Shown piece by piece: positions 45,988 to 56,726 of a stretch of 64,000 nucleotides of DNA. Under the pieces are notes generated by a model. It saw nothing but the letters and a program-made list of their open reading frames with translations. It had not been told where the DNA came from and ran no database searches. The stretch's first letter is position 1, and every line of letters starts with the position of its first letter. Position numbers and translations under genes: made by a program. The DNA is from an uncultured Pseudomonadales bacterium (GTDB lineage: Bacteria > Patescibacteriota > Microgenomatia > UBA1400 > UBA12108): positions 9,092 to 73,091 of the forward strand of contig CAZCUC010000002.1 in assembly GCA_964502225.1 (NCBI GenBank). The letters are read 5' to 3'.

Positions 45988-46744
45988 ATAAACCTAAGAT
46001 TCCGCCAAGCACCAGTCGGTACCAACCAAAAACCCTGAGTGTGTGGGTACCCAAGTAGGAAATGAACCACTTGACCACGATGTAACCGGAAATCAAGGCC
46101 ACAACTGTCCCGAGGATGATTAAACTCCAGCCGTTGCCAGTACTTAACAGTAGTTCTCGATTTTGGATTAGATCAACCATGGTGGCGGAAAATATTGTGG
46201 GTAGGGAGAGCAAAAAAGTATATTTGGCCGCCTCTGTGCGCTTGTATCCCAAAAGCATCATGATGACAATAATCGATCCAGAACGAGAAACTCCAGGTAT
46301 AACTGAGGTGGCTTGGGCTAGCCCAATCAAGAGTGCGTCTTTGGTAGTCACATCCTGACATTTTTTAACCAAGTTGGTGATACGCGATTCGAGGACTAGG
46401 AAGATTACACCCATGCCGACAAAAACACTCAACATGAGCCAATCAGATTCAAAAAATACATCTTTGATAATCTTGTGGAGCACAAATCCAACTACGGCGG
46501 TGGGAATAAAAGAATAAATAATATTGACAATGAGCTTGCGGTCGCGGATGAGAGTTTGAAAGTAAATAAAGAGGAGAGCAATGACCGCGCCACTCTGGAT
46601 GACGACTTCGAATAACTTGAGAAAATTGTTAGACTCGAGCGCAAGCAAGCGCGAAGTAAGTATGAGGTGAAAAGTGGAAGAGATAGGGAGAAACTCAGTC
46701 AACCCCTCTACTACGCCCAAGATTAGTACTTGAAGAATATTCAT
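45971..46744 (-). CDS. uppP: Undecaprenyl-diphosphate phosphatase
   Basis: VEGLTEFLPISSTFHL N-terminal motif and SRSGSII second motif, 8 TM helices. Confidence 0.88.
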   Translation of the reverse strand: MNILQVLILGVVEGLTEFLPISSTFHLILTSRLLALESNNFLKLFEVVIQSGAVIALLFIYFQTLIRDRKLIVNIIYSFIPTAVVGFVLHKIIKDVFFESDWLMLSVFVGMGVIFLVLESRITNLVKKCQDVTTKDALLIGLAQATSVIPGVSRSGSIIVIMMLLGYKRTEAAKYTFLLSLPTIFSATMVDLIQNRELLLSTGNGWSLIILGTVVALISGYIVVKWFISYLGTHTLRVFGWYRLVLGGILGLFKVLP

Positions 46745-46753
46745 AAGAAAGCG

Positions 46754-47446
46754 TTATTTCTTTAGATCGCGCTTGAGCTCTTTGTACCAATCGGAGAGTG
46801 CTTGACCGATCACATCTTTGGCACCCAGTCCGATCGCCAAACCAAAACCTAGAGCCAGCATGGCGACAAAGCCGATGAAGAGAATGTTGATAAAAGCAGT
46901 CGCAATCTTGAGTTCGGAAAAAGCGGCGAGGGTGGCGATAGTGACGACGGTGTAACTAGCGATTTTGCCCATGAGCCTAGAGGTTTTGAGATCAACAGTA
47001 GCGAGAGCCCCTTTTACAACCCCTTCGATGAGACCAGCCAGGAGGACTCCGATAGCCATGACGATCACGGCTGAGATCACGTTGGGGACATAGCCCAGTA
47101 CCCCACCTAGAACGTTTGAGACAGTAGTAAGACCGAGGATGTTGGTTGCGGCAATAAAGAAGGTCAGAACGATTAGCCATTTTAGAATACTACCAATCAC
47201 TTCTTCGACTTTACTCTCGACTTCGGCTTTGACTAGAAATGCTTTGAACTTTGAATCTTTGATCAAGGTTTCGAAGCGAAGCATTTGCAAACTTTTGATG
47301 ATAATCATTTTGACCCAATTGCCTAGGAATATCCCAGCCCAAGCGACTACGACTGCCCCGAGGATGTGAGGGAATAAAGTCAGAATAGAAGTCGTGGTGC
47401 TATACCACACAGCTGCAAGCGCACTTTGCCAGGCCATGATATCCAT
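46754..47446 (-). CDS. Membrane protein with conserved TM-helix repeats (MscS-N-terminal-like)
   Basis: Repeated hydrophobic helices with KxxLQxLRF-like connecting segments. No catalytic motif. Confidence 0.35.
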   Translation of the reverse strand: MDIMAWQSALAAVWYSTTTSILTLFPHILGAVVVAWAGIFLGNWVKMIIIKSLQMLRFETLIKDSKFKAFLVKAEVESKVEEVIGSILKWLIVLTFFIAATNILGLTTVSNVLGGVLGYVPNVISAVIVMAIGVLLAGLIEGVVKGALATVDLKTSRLMGKIASYTVVTIATLAAFSELKIATAFINILFIGFVAMLALGFGLAIGLGAKDVIGQALSDWYKELKRDLKK

Positions 47447-47448
47447 AG

Positions 47449-48441
47449 TTAACTCCTCTCCCGATGTAGATCGGGACTAAATGCTTTGATAACTGTTTTG
47501 ATCGTCAAGTAAATGGGCATAGCCAGGATAGCACCAGTCACCCCACCCAGAGTAAAGCCAACAAGGAGAACGAGAATGGTCACGAGTGGCTCGGTGCCGG
47601 TAGCTGATTCCATAATTTTGGGAACAATTAAATTGTTTTCCAGTTGCTGAATGACAATACTCAAAATAAGTGCACCCAACCCTACATAGGGAGAGACAGT
47701 GAGACCAATGAGAATAGCAGGGATGGCGGCGATAGTGGGTCCCAAGTTTGGCACGGCCTCTAGGAGACCAGCAATAACTGCGAGGGGTAAAGCATAGGGA
47801 ATACCAAGTGCCTGAAGACCCAGGTAAGTCATGAGCCCAATAATCGCCATCAGGAATAGTTCGCCTCTGACCCAGCCACCAACCTGACGTTCGACTGCGA
47901 TGACCAATGCTTCGGCGCGTGATTCGGCGTTGCGATTATCAAAGAATCTGAGTAAATAACGATGGAGGTTGGGACGTTCCAGTACCAAGTAGTAGGACAT
48001 AAAGAAGAGGGCCAAAATATTCATAATATTTGAGAAGGCACCGGCGGCGATTTTGAGCAGATTGGAGGGAACCGAGCTCAAGTAGTTGCCTACTACGTTG
48101 GGATCAAATTGAGCATTAAACATGTCTTCGAGATTGTGCATATAAGTCGGGAGGACGAGTGTCAAATCTTTGGTTTGTTGCACTACAGCTGGGACAAGTG
48201 AAGCAATGACTGTAGAAATCAGGGCAATCAAGCCAAAATAAATCACCAACATAACGATGATCGTGGGGATTTTGATTTTTTTGGCGAGTTTGATAACTGG
48301 ATTGACGGCAGTCATTAAAATGAAGGCAATGAATAACAGCACGATAATACTGCGAACCTGGTAAATAAACCAAAGTCCCAAGACAAGGCTAAACGTAAAA
48401 ACAATAGTTTTTTGTGAAATCTCGACTTTTTTGGTTTCCAT
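47449..48441 (-). CDS. AI-2E family transporter (PerM/UPF0118)
   Basis: 8-TM topology of about 330 aa with the conserved C-terminal half typical of AI-2E. Confidence 0.55.
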   Translation of the reverse strand: METKKVEISQKTIVFTFSLVLGLWFIYQVRSIIVLLFIAFILMTAVNPVIKLAKKIKIPTIIVMLVIYFGLIALISTVIASLVPAVVQQTKDLTLVLPTYMHNLEDMFNAQFDPNVVGNYLSSVPSNLLKIAAGAFSNIMNILALFFMSYYLVLERPNLHRYLLRFFDNRNAESRAEALVIAVERQVGGWVRGELFLMAIIGLMTYLGLQALGIPYALPLAVIAGLLEAVPNLGPTIAAIPAILIGLTVSPYVGLGALILSIVIQQLENNLIVPKIMESATGTEPLVTILVLLVGFTLGGVTGAILAMPIYLTIKTVIKAFSPDLHRERS

Positions 48442-48444
48442 AGT

Positions 48445-49305
48445 TTAGTCCTCTTGTATATAGCTATCATACCATTTTATACTTTTAACCTTGTTAAACC
48501 AAGTCATTTGCCTTTTAACGTAAGCCATTTCGTCCCTTACCCAATTCTCTATCAGTTGAGCGTAGGACAAATCACCTTTTAGGTAGCTAATAATACTTTT
48601 GTAGCCAATAGCGGTCATAGATTTGAGGTTGGGATCGTATTTGGAAAGGAGTGTTTTGGTTTCTTCGATCGCTCCATCATTTAGCCGGTCTATTACCCGA
48701 GATTTGATAATACTACGATGATTCGAATCATCGTAGTATTTAAGTCCAATGAGATTAGATTCGAGCTTAGAGAGGCTAGATTCTCGTGTGGACTTGGGAG
48801 ATACGGCAACTTCAATTGCACGACTTAATCGCCGGGGATTGTTCACATCACTATTGTTCATACTGGCAAATTTGGCTAGATCTAACTCTTTTAACTTGAG
48901 CTTTAGCTTGGAGGTAGATAGGAGCGATAGCTCGTCGCGGAGTGATTGATTGATGGGGACACTGAGTGTCGCAATCCCATCAGTTAAGGCTTTGACGTAG
49001 AGGCCAGTACCACCCACCACAATAACCTGTTTATCCTCTTCCCATGCACGCTGGATATGAGGCATGACAGAGTTGTACCAGACAGATACTGAGCATTCCT
49101 CGTCTGGATCCACGATGTCGATCCCGTAGAGCACAAGATCTTTTGGATGATCTTTGCCGGTGACGATGTCCATACCTCGATAGACCTGGCGAGAGTCGGC
49201 AGAGACCAAAATGCTTGGTGAGAGTTTAGATAACTCGATGGCTTTTTTGGTTTTACCGGTGGCAGTTGGTCCGACGACACAGTGGAGTTTGTGCATATTA
49301 GTCAA
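48445..49305 (-). CDS. miaA: tRNA dimethylallyltransferase
   Basis: P-loop VVGPTATGKT and SADSRQVYRGMDIVTGK motifs. Confidence 0.88.
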   Translation of the reverse strand: MTNMHKLHCVVGPTATGKTKKAIELSKLSPSILVSADSRQVYRGMDIVTGKDHPKDLVLYGIDIVDPDEECSVSVWYNSVMPHIQRAWEEDKQVIVVGGTGLYVKALTDGIATLSVPINQSLRDELSLLSTSKLKLKLKELDLAKFASMNNSDVNNPRRLSRAIEVAVSPKSTRESSLSKLESNLIGLKYYDDSNHRSIIKSRVIDRLNDGAIEETKTLLSKYDPNLKSMTAIGYKSIISYLKGDLSYAQLIENWVRDEMAYVKRQMTWFNKVKSIKWYDSYIQED

Positions 49306-50086
49306 CGGAAATTAATCCACGCTTAAGAATGTGAGAGAAGCTACGGTGAATCATAAGCATGGCAATTACAAAATAAATTAGACAGAGGAAGGTGGGCCAA
49401 ATCAAATCTGTTAAGGGTGATGGTGAACCATTCGCGGCGGAGCGCATGGCTTCAAAAACGTAGCTGGCTGGGACATAGCTGGCCACTGATTGTGCCCAGG
49501 GCGGCAAACTACTGACGGGATAGTAAACAGCGGCAAAGGGAGCCACGATGTAGATTGAGGTCCATGCCAAAGTTTGGATCTTGGTACCATAACGCATGAT
49601 AATCCCAGCAACTAGCAAGCCAAAAACCCATCCAAACATAATTAGGAGTACTGCCCAGGGCACTAAGACGAGACCAACAGAGAGAATATTGGCGGAATAA
49701 AGAAAATAAACGAGGAGACTGGCATAGGTGAAGGAAATGATGGCCTTGCCTACTCCAAGCAACAACAACGTGATTACCCACTCCATAAATTTAACGGGTG
49801 AGACAAAAATATTGACCAAGTTGCGGTTCCAGAGATCTTCGAGCAGATTGACGGCAATTTCATACTGACTACGCCAAGGGAAGATCCAGAGAATAATGCC
49901 TCCGAGGAGTCCGAGGATTAGAGTACTGCCCCCGCCCTCTAGATTTTTGGCAAAGTAGCTACTAGTCATGCCCCAAAGGATAATATCCACAGTTGGCCAG
50001 AAAAAAGCATCACTCAAACGATCAAGGGAGTGCTTGAATAGATAGAGATAGCGAAGAGTAAGACCCCAAATACGATATAACTTCAT
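49298..50086 (-). CDS. ABC-2 type transporter permease
   Basis: Six TM helices. Start overlaps the stop of the 50083..50991 ATPase. Confidence 0.6.
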   Translation of the reverse strand: MKLYRIWGLTLRYLYLFKHSLDRLSDAFFWPTVDIILWGMTSSYFAKNLEGGGSTLILGLLGGIILWIFPWRSQYEIAVNLLEDLWNRNLVNIFVSPVKFMEWVITLLLLGVGKAIISFTYASLLVYFLYSANILSVGLVLVPWAVLLIMFGWVFGLLVAGIIMRYGTKIQTLAWTSIYIVAPFAAVYYPVSSLPPWAQSVASYVPASYVFEAMRSAANGSPSPLTDLIWPTFLCLIYFVIAMLMIHRSFSHILKRGLISVD

Positions 50087-50991
50087 TTTTCCCTCGCAAT
50101 CTTCATAAAGTAATCTTCTAGATTGGGCTTGTCGATAGAAATCTCGGTGTAGCCAATATTTTTCTTGGTAACCTCGTAGAGGAATAAAGGCAGTAAAGTT
50201 TCTTTGATGGTAATCGTATATTGTTTGTCATCGACCAACGACTCCAGTTTGCGAAGAGTGATGAGCTTATCTAGTTCGGCTGAGTTTTTGGTCACGCGTA
50301 GTCGTAAGTGGGAGAATTCGAGTTTTTTAGCGAGATTGGCGGGTGAGTCAGCTCCCACAACGAGTCCGTCCTTGAGAATAATCACTCGGTCGCACAACTC
50401 CTCTACCTCGGCCATATTGTGAGAGGTTAAGATGATCGAAGTATTGAACTTGGTCCGCTGATCGGCGAAGAACTCTCGCATGTAGGTAGCGACTTCGGGG
50501 TCTAAACTGGCAGTAGGCTCGTCGAGCAAAAGGACCTTGGGAAAGTTGACCATAGAGCGAGCGAGATTGACCCGAGTACGTTGCCCGGCAGAAAGTGAGC
50601 CAAAAGGCTGATGCCAAATTTTATCTAGTCGAAAGATTTCTTTGATTTTATTTAATCTCTTTTTACGATCGTCGATTTTGTACAACCAAGAAGTCCATGT
50701 TAGATTTTCGGCAACTGTAATCCGCCAAGGTAGATCGGTATAGGTAGAGGAAAAGTTCATGGATTCGAGGATCTCGGATTTGTGCAGGGAGAGATCCTTA
50801 CCAAAAACATTGATTGCTCCACTAGTTGGCGTGAGAATACCAAGGAGCATTTGGAGAGTCGTGGTTTTGCCCGCGCCGTTGGGGCCGAGGATCCCTAAAA
50901 TCTCCCCTTCTGCCATGTCGAAACTAATCCCTTTGATGACGGGATTTTGCTTAAAACTCTTTTTTAAATCTTTTACCTCAAGTATCGCCAT
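50083..50991 (-). CDS. ABC transporter ATP-binding protein
   Basis: Walker A GPNGAGKTT, signature LSAGQRTRV, Walker B LLLDEPTASLD. Confidence 0.9.
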   Translation of the reverse strand: MAILEVKDLKKSFKQNPVIKGISFDMAEGEILGILGPNGAGKTTTLQMLLGILTPTSGAINVFGKDLSLHKSEILESMNFSSTYTDLPWRITVAENLTWTSWLYKIDDRKKRLNKIKEIFRLDKIWHQPFGSLSAGQRTRVNLARSMVNFPKVLLLDEPTASLDPEVATYMREFFADQRTKFNTSIILTSHNMAEVEELCDRVIILKDGLVVGADSPANLAKKLEFSHLRLRVTKNSAELDKLITLRKLESLVDDKQYTITIKETLLPLFLYEVTKKNIGYTEISIDKPNLEDYFMKIAREK

Positions 50992-51013
50992 TTAATGATT
51001 GTATCATGCTAGA

Positions 51014-51817
51014 TCAGGAGGAAGCAGAGGAATAGGATAGGAGGGCGCGGTGCCAGAACCATAATGCGAGGCGGAGCTGGACCAAAGCAAGGAAAGCAAA
51101 CCCAAGCAAGTACCACGGATTGTAGAGACCAAAAATAATCCTGGCGGGGATAGTGGCCATGAGCGCGAAAGGAAACAAGTAGGTGAGAACGGAGCTACCG
51201 ATCTTGCCGTAGATCTCGATGGGCATAGAAGCCATTTTTTCTAGATCGCGATAAAGCATAATTGTGTTGTCGACTTCGAGATACTTGACCCCGATGGCGA
51301 TGATTGCAATGTGCCAGGCCAGGATTGTGAGTGCACTGATTGCGATCGCAGAGATTACAGCTAGGATAATGGGTAGACTGAGGGGAAAGCCTGTGGCGAG
51401 CCAGGCCCAAATGACAATACCAAGGTAAGGCAGAAATAAAATCAAGTCTAGTGGGTCGGTATAGGAAAAGAGACTATAAAATAATTCGGACAAGGGGTTG
51501 AGTAAGTAAAAATCAAAAGTACCATCCACAACTTTTTGGCGAAAAAGATAAATCCCGCGCATAAACAATTGAATCAGCGAACTAACCAAGTTGAATAAGG
51601 CAAGGATAAGGATGGCTTGAGATAGCGTGTACCCTACGATAAGTTGGGCACGTCCAACTATGAGGTAGACCATCAAAAAAGCTGTACCCAGTCTAAACAA
51701 TTTACTGACTATGAATAGTACCGCGGCGAGACGAGCATTGGCTATTTGACTTTGAAACTGCTGAGCCGTGAGCTTGAGCCAGACACGCAGATAAGCTTTG
51801 AAAAAATGTGATTTCAT
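51014..51817 (-). CDS. ABC-2 family transporter permease (second permease of the upstream ABC system)
   Basis: Six TM helices. Start at Met 51817 overlaps the stop of the upstream permease. Confidence 0.55.
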   Translation of the reverse strand: MKSHFFKAYLRVWLKLTAQQFQSQIANARLAAVLFIVSKLFRLGTAFLMVYLIVGRAQLIVGYTLSQAILILALFNLVSSLIQLFMRGIYLFRQKVVDGTFDFYLLNPLSELFYSLFSYTDPLDLILFLPYLGIVIWAWLATGFPLSLPIILAVISAIAISALTILAWHIAIIAIGVKYLEVDNTIMLYRDLEKMASMPIEIYGKIGSSVLTYLFPFALMATIPARIIFGLYNPWYLLGFAFLALVQLRLALWFWHRALLSYSSASS

Positions 51818-52602
51818 CGTCCCTCGGCCTCGTATGATTTGATCCCCTTTTGCCATATAAAGCGAGCCAATAATCCAAGGATTACGACCCAACAGATGCT
51901 CGTAAGGAGATGAAAAGTAATATTGGTGTCTGTACCCAAGTAGATTTTAAGAGGAGCATATAAAAGGTAAGGAAAAGGCGTAAAGTGAAGCCATTGTTGC
52001 CATACAAGTGGGAGCATATCGAGAGGAAACATGGCACCGGTCGCAAACTCCATAACTACCATGAGGAGGAATCTGGGTGCCCAGATATCGCGTGACCAAA
52101 AAGCCAAAGAACCAAAGATAACGTTGATGTAAAAATAAATCAGGATAGCTAGGATTACGGAAAGAGAAAATAGAATGATAGTCATCGGGTTGGATTGCAA
52201 GAATATGGGTGGGTGAAAAACAAAATATATCAAAGGCAATTCGATAAACATAAAGCCCAAGTTAAAAAGTTTGTCGGCAGAATCGCGGACGAAGAAAAAG
52301 CTAAACATGTTGATCGGTCGCATGAGCGGGATAGTGAGTGCACCGGTATTGATCATCCCACCTAAATCAATAGTGCGTGACCCCATGACGAGTGAGCGGA
52401 GAATGGTCGTCCCAAAAAGGTAGGTCATGATGGCGGGAAAAGCGTAACCGTAGATATCACCCCCCTGCCCTAGGACTGATTTCCAGATGAAAAATGGGAT
52501 GAGAAAAACAAAAATCTGTCTTACCCTCCACATGACCATGTTGAGTCGGTAGGCAAAGATCTCTTGGAGAGTGATCGTGAATAGTGAGAAATATTTTCGC
52601 AT
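51814..52602 (-). CDS. ABC-2 family transporter permease
   Basis: Six TM helices. Start abuts the ATPase stop. Confidence 0.55.
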   Translation of the reverse strand: MRKYFSLFTITLQEIFAYRLNMVMWRVRQIFVFLIPFFIWKSVLGQGGDIYGYAFPAIMTYLFGTTILRSLVMGSRTIDLGGMINTGALTIPLMRPINMFSFFFVRDSADKLFNLGFMFIELPLIYFVFHPPIFLQSNPMTIILFSLSVILAILIYFYINVIFGSLAFWSRDIWAPRFLLMVVMEFATGAMFPLDMLPLVWQQWLHFTPFPYLLYAPLKIYLGTDTNITFHLLTSICWVVILGLLARFIWQKGIKSYEAEGR

Positions 52603-53522
52603 TATTTGCCCGCAAAAACTTGGCGAATGACATCTTCAATCTCTACTTCTTTAATGTTGATGTCGACTACCCCAGGATCTTTGAGGAGATCGACGGCTTT
52701 TTCGGCTACTTGCGCCCGCAAGACTTTGTGGGTGGTCGTGCCAGAGGGAGTAATAACTTCGATGATTTTATGCTGGCTAAATTTGGCGATCACGTCGGAG
52801 AGCAAGCCGTCATAGAGGATGCTACCCTGATCGATGATGATGACCCGTTTACAGAGCTCTTTGACATCGTCCATATAGTGACTAGTTAGGATAATCGAAC
52901 CCTCGCTATTTTGGTTGTATTCTTTGAGAAAGTTGCGCATGGATTGTTGCATGACGACATCTAAACCGATGGTGGGCTCGTCGAGAAAAAGGATTTTGGG
53001 GGAGTGAATGAGGGCGGCTACGAGCTCGGCTTTCATTCGCTGACCGAGAGAGAGCTTGCGAACCTGGACGTTTAAGACGTCGCCAATCTCGAGCATTTCT
53101 ACCAGTTTATTGAGAGTTTTTTTGTAGACGCTATCTCTTATCCCGTAGATATCTTTGGCTAAATTGAATGACTCGATTGCGGGCAAGTCCCACCACAACT
53201 GATTTTTTTGACCCATGACTAGGGAGATCTGGCGAAGGAAATCGTAATCACGTTTCCAGGGATCATGACCGATCACCCTCACCTCGCCAGAGGTGGGATA
53301 AAGTAAACCGGAGAGCATTTTGAGAGTCGTGGTTTTGCCCGCACCGTTTGGCCCGATAAAACCTACTAGCTCCCCTTCGTCGATCACAAAGGAGACATCT
53401 TTGACGGCAACTTTCTCTTCTTTGATTGGAGCAAATAAATCTTTAATTGAACCCGAGAGGCCTGTACGCTTTTTCTGGACGGAGTAGACCTTTCTCAGGT
53501 TATCAGCGATGATTGTGTGCAT
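52602..53522 (-). CDS. ABC transporter ATP-binding protein
   Basis: Walker A GPNGAGKTT, signature LSLGQRMKA, Walker B LFLDEPTIGLD. Confidence 0.9.
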   Translation of the reverse strand: MHTIIADNLRKVYSVQKKRTGLSGSIKDLFAPIKEEKVAVKDVSFVIDEGELVGFIGPNGAGKTTTLKMLSGLLYPTSGEVRVIGHDPWKRDYDFLRQISLVMGQKNQLWWDLPAIESFNLAKDIYGIRDSVYKKTLNKLVEMLEIGDVLNVQVRKLSLGQRMKAELVAALIHSPKILFLDEPTIGLDVVMQQSMRNFLKEYNQNSEGSIILTSHYMDDVKELCKRVIIIDQGSILYDGLLSDVIAKFSQHKIIEVITPSGTTTHKVLRAQVAEKAVDLLKDPGVVDINIKEVEIEDVIRQVFAGK

Positions 53523-53531
53523 GGAATAATC

Positions 53532-53807
53532 TTACCAGATTATTTTGCGCAAAGGCTTGGCGGCCTTGAAGTTGACGACGTGGTGAGATTTGACGGTCAC
53601 ACGTTTGTCAGACTTGCCAAAGGGAACAACATCTTTTGGCCCTACTTTACCGATAGAAAGTGTCCCAACTCCGGACAAGACAACTTTGTCGCCCTTTTTG
53701 AGGGTTTTGATAATCTCATCGAGAAAGGTGTCGATGGCATCTTTGGCGGTTTTTTTGGTCATGTGGGCAGATTTGGCAATAATTTCGTAGTAATCAGATT
53801 TTTTCAT
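53532..53807 (-). CDS. hup: HU-family nucleoid DNA-binding protein
   Basis: MKKSDYYEIIAK...AKDAIDTFLDEI...GDKVVLSGVGT...VNFKA, with the arm region. Confidence 0.88.
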   Translation of the reverse strand: MKKSDYYEIIAKSAHMTKKTAKDAIDTFLDEIIKTLKKGDKVVLSGVGTLSIGKVGPKDVVPFGKSDKRVTVKSHHVVNFKAAKPLRKIIW

Positions 53808-53836
53808 TTGATCTCCTCAATATTATTTAATAACAC

Positions 53837-53856
53837 GGGCGGATAATAATCCGCCC
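53837..53856 (-). terminator. Candidate intrinsic terminator downstream of rny
   Basis: GGGCGGA-taataa-TCCGCCC hairpin followed on the minus strand by a U/A-rich tract. Confidence 0.45.
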
Positions 53857-53868
53857 CTACAAATATGC

Positions 53869-55401
53869 TTATTTGGCGACTTGCTGGGCGCGGGTCTCAC
53901 GAATGGTCGTGACCGTCACGGTACCTGGATAGGTCAGCTTGGCTTTGATCTCGTCGCGGATGTCGCTGGCCAGTCTGACGGCTTCGTCGTCGGTAGCCTT
54001 ACCTGGATCGACCATAACACGCACTTCGCGTCCGGCTGAGATGGCGTAGGCTTCAAATACCCCTGGTTTGCTCATAGCGATGTCTTCGATGGCTTTCAAG
54101 CGCTTGACGTACTCGGCGACGTTCTCGTAGCGAGCACCTGGGCGTGAACCGGAGATGGCGTCAGAGATATAAACCAAGATGGCTTCTTTGCTCGTAAACT
54201 CGACATCTTCGTGATGCTGAGCGACACAGTCCACAACAGCTTTGGGCATGTTGTATTTCTCTAGTAGCTTGACACCGAGCTCGACGTGACTACCCTCTTC
54301 ATCGGTCACGATCTTGCCGATATCGTGGAAAAGACAACCGAGTCGGACGATGTCGACGTTGGCGTGCGTCTCAGCCGCCAAGTTCATGCCGATACGGGTT
54401 TCTTCGAGGGTGTGAGCCAACATGTTTTGGCCATAACTAGAGCGGAACTTGAACCGACCGAGCATGGCGATCAGATCGGTGGGAAGATTGTAGGCACCTA
54501 CCATGTGGCAGAGTTTTTTGCCTTCTTCAAACATGATTTTTTCGATATCGTGACGAGCTTTGGCGACGTATTCCTCGATGCGAGTAGGCTGGATACGACC
54601 GTCCTTGATCAACCGTTCGAGGGCGACACGGGCCACCTCGCGACGAACCCCGTCGTAACACGACAACCTGACTTCACCGGGAGTTTCGTCCATGTCGATA
54701 TCGACACCAGTGACTTTTTCGAAAGTACGGATATTCCTACCCTCTTTGCCGATAATGCGACCTTTGACGTCGTCATCGGCGATCTTGACGGTCGAAATGG
54801 TAAACTCGGCAACGTACTCGGTAGAACCATGGTACATGGCATCGATGAGAAGACTTTGGGCTTTTTCTTCGACAGATTCCTTGATTTCGTCTTCGGCGGT
54901 GCGGATACGCTCGGCTACATCGCGTGCGAGTTTTTTGTCCACGGCAGAAAGCAAAACATCTTTGGCTTTTTCTTTGGTGAGTCCACCGATCTTCTCTAGT
55001 TTTTCGACTTGTTTGAGACGGAGTTCGGCGATTTCGGCTTTAGTTTTTTCGATTTCGGCTAATCTAGACTTTATTTCGTTGTCTTTTTTGACTAGCTCGG
55101 CCTCGCGAGCAACAATTAAATCCTCGGCACGCTTGAGTTTGTCTTCTTGACTCCTCAATGTACTTTGGAGTGCTTGCATCTCGACTTTGGCTGTTTCTCT
55201 GATTTTGTCGGCTTGCTCACGAGCAAATGCCAAGACTTCTTTAGCGGTACTCTCGGCTTGCTTTAATATTTCGGTGTTTTCGGCTGATTTTTGAGCCTCT
55301 TTCTTCACGGGAGCTGTGACTTTGACAGCCTTGGGGGTTTCAACTTTAGCTTTTTTGGCTTTGTTAAAAGTGGCAAGTAATGACTTGAGTAATATCGACA
55401 T
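53869..55401 (-). CDS. rny: Ribonuclease Y
   Basis: N-terminal TM, long coiled coil, KH domain (GRIIGKEGRNIR), HD domain (LFHDIGK). Confidence 0.9.
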   Translation of the reverse strand: MSILLKSLLATFNKAKKAKVETPKAVKVTAPVKKEAQKSAENTEILKQAESTAKEVLAFAREQADKIRETAKVEMQALQSTLRSQEDKLKRAEDLIVAREAELVKKDNEIKSRLAEIEKTKAEIAELRLKQVEKLEKIGGLTKEKAKDVLLSAVDKKLARDVAERIRTAEDEIKESVEEKAQSLLIDAMYHGSTEYVAEFTISTVKIADDDVKGRIIGKEGRNIRTFEKVTGVDIDMDETPGEVRLSCYDGVRREVARVALERLIKDGRIQPTRIEEYVAKARHDIEKIMFEEGKKLCHMVGAYNLPTDLIAMLGRFKFRSSYGQNMLAHTLEETRIGMNLAAETHANVDIVRLGCLFHDIGKIVTDEEGSHVELGVKLLEKYNMPKAVVDCVAQHHEDVEFTSKEAILVYISDAISGSRPGARYENVAEYVKRLKAIEDIAMSKPGVFEAYAISAGREVRVMVDPGKATDDEAVRLASDIRDEIKAKLTYPGTVTVTTIRETRAQQVAK

Positions 55402-55552
55402 ATGTCTCCTAAAAAACTGTTATATACATTCAAGAAAAACGCTTACCAAAAACCAAAAAAACCACTTATGCTTTGACTGCTGGACTTAGTGAATAAAATT
55501 TAGTCATGTTTTTTGTATTTTTGTAATATCTTTCTTAAAAGGTACCCTCATT

Positions 55553-56173
55553 CTACTCTGATTCCCAATTTTTGACAACCTCGGTGATCTTGTCCCAGGC
55601 GAAACCCTGGCGAGCCAAATACCCCACTATTTTTTGCTTTTCGGCAGGCTCGAGCCGATGAGGCAACCCGAGTTTTTTCTCTAGGAGATGATAGATCGTG
55701 GCTGACTCATCGCTGATAGAACCTGATACTGCCTGGATAATGTCCTCGGCGATTCCCTTGGCTTTGAGCTCAGCGCTTAAATAGCGTTTAGAGCGAGGAC
55801 GATGCGAGTTGCGGGAGGAGATAAACCACTCTGCAAATGCGCGATCGTCGAGGTAGCCATGACTTTGGAGCCTGGCGATGATGACGTCTTGCTTGGCGGA
55901 CTCTCTGAGTTCGTACTTCCAGAGTCGATCTCTAACTTCTTTCACCGTGCGGGGACGGTACGAGAGGAAATTGAGGATCTTGGAGTAGAGATATTCATCT
56001 TGATCGGCAGACTTTAACTGCTCAATCAAATCTGGACTGATTTCTAGTCCTTTCTTGAGATTATGTCTGGCGACTTCATCGATAGAAAGCGCAAAAGCAA
56101 ACTCGTCGTCCAAATAAAGATTGACCCGGTTGGGATTCTTCTTGCCTTGGACTAGACGCGTGACTATTGGCAT
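55553..56173 (-). CDS. recX: RecX regulatory protein
   Basis: Lies downstream of recA. Three-helix repeat pattern NRVNLYLDDEFAFALSIDEV... typical of RecX. Confidence 0.7.
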   Translation of the reverse strand: MPIVTRLVQGKKNPNRVNLYLDDEFAFALSIDEVARHNLKKGLEISPDLIEQLKSADQDEYLYSKILNFLSYRPRTVKEVRDRLWKYELRESAKQDVIIARLQSHGYLDDRAFAEWFISSRNSHRPRSKRYLSAELKAKGIAEDIIQAVSGSISDESATIYHLLEKKLGLPHRLEPAEKQKIVGYLARQGFAWDKITEVVKNWESE

Positions 56174-56718
56174 TATTTTAGATCGATTGTTTGGGCTAGT
56201 TTTTCTAGCGCCCTACGACGCATATTATTGTCTTCACTTAATTTTTCCTCTACTGACATTTCGGCAAAAGTTTTGGAGGATCCTGTAGGCATAAAAATAG
56301 AATCCCAGCCAAATCCGTTGGAACCCCTTGACTCTACAATAACACCATCGACACTACCTTCAAAGAAGGATATGTCACCGTTCTGGCTGATGTACCCGAA
56401 AATCGAGACCGCAGTTGCTGTGTTATTGCCTATCTGCGTGGCTAAACTGGATAAACCCTCTACTCCAAGCGATTTCATAAACCACTTAATTAGTGGACCT
56501 GGCAATCCATTTAATCCTTTGAAGTAGAGCGAAGTATCCTCTACGAGGATTTCACCGAGACAATTTTTTTGAGCCTCTTTAAGTTTTGCAGTGATAATAT
56601 CTTTCGCATCATTTGATTGAACTTCTACTAGATCAATTGGCAGTTGTTCAACTGATGGTAGATAAGATTTTACTTCGGCAAACTTTCCAGCATTGCCTGT
56701 CACAAAATATAAAGTCAT
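56173..56718 (-). CDS. rdgB: Non-canonical purine NTP pyrophosphatase (RdgB/HAM1)
   Basis: LYFVTGNAGKFAEV N-terminal motif and FGWDSIF. Start at the internal Met 56718 to clear recA. Confidence 0.8.
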   Translation of the reverse strand: MTLYFVTGNAGKFAEVKSYLPSVEQLPIDLVEVQSNDAKDIITAKLKEAQKNCLGEILVEDTSLYFKGLNGLPGPLIKWFMKSLGVEGLSSLATQIGNNTATAVSIFGYISQNGDISFFEGSVDGVIVESRGSNGFGWDSIFMPTGSSKTFAEMSVEEKLSEDNNMRRRALEKLAQTIDLK

Positions 56719-56726
56719 AGATAAAT

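Noticed and set aside
54286-55150. 237-aa and 152-aa plus-strand ORFs
   Set aside because: Antisense to rny (clear KH and HD motifs on the minus strand). Low-complexity translation.
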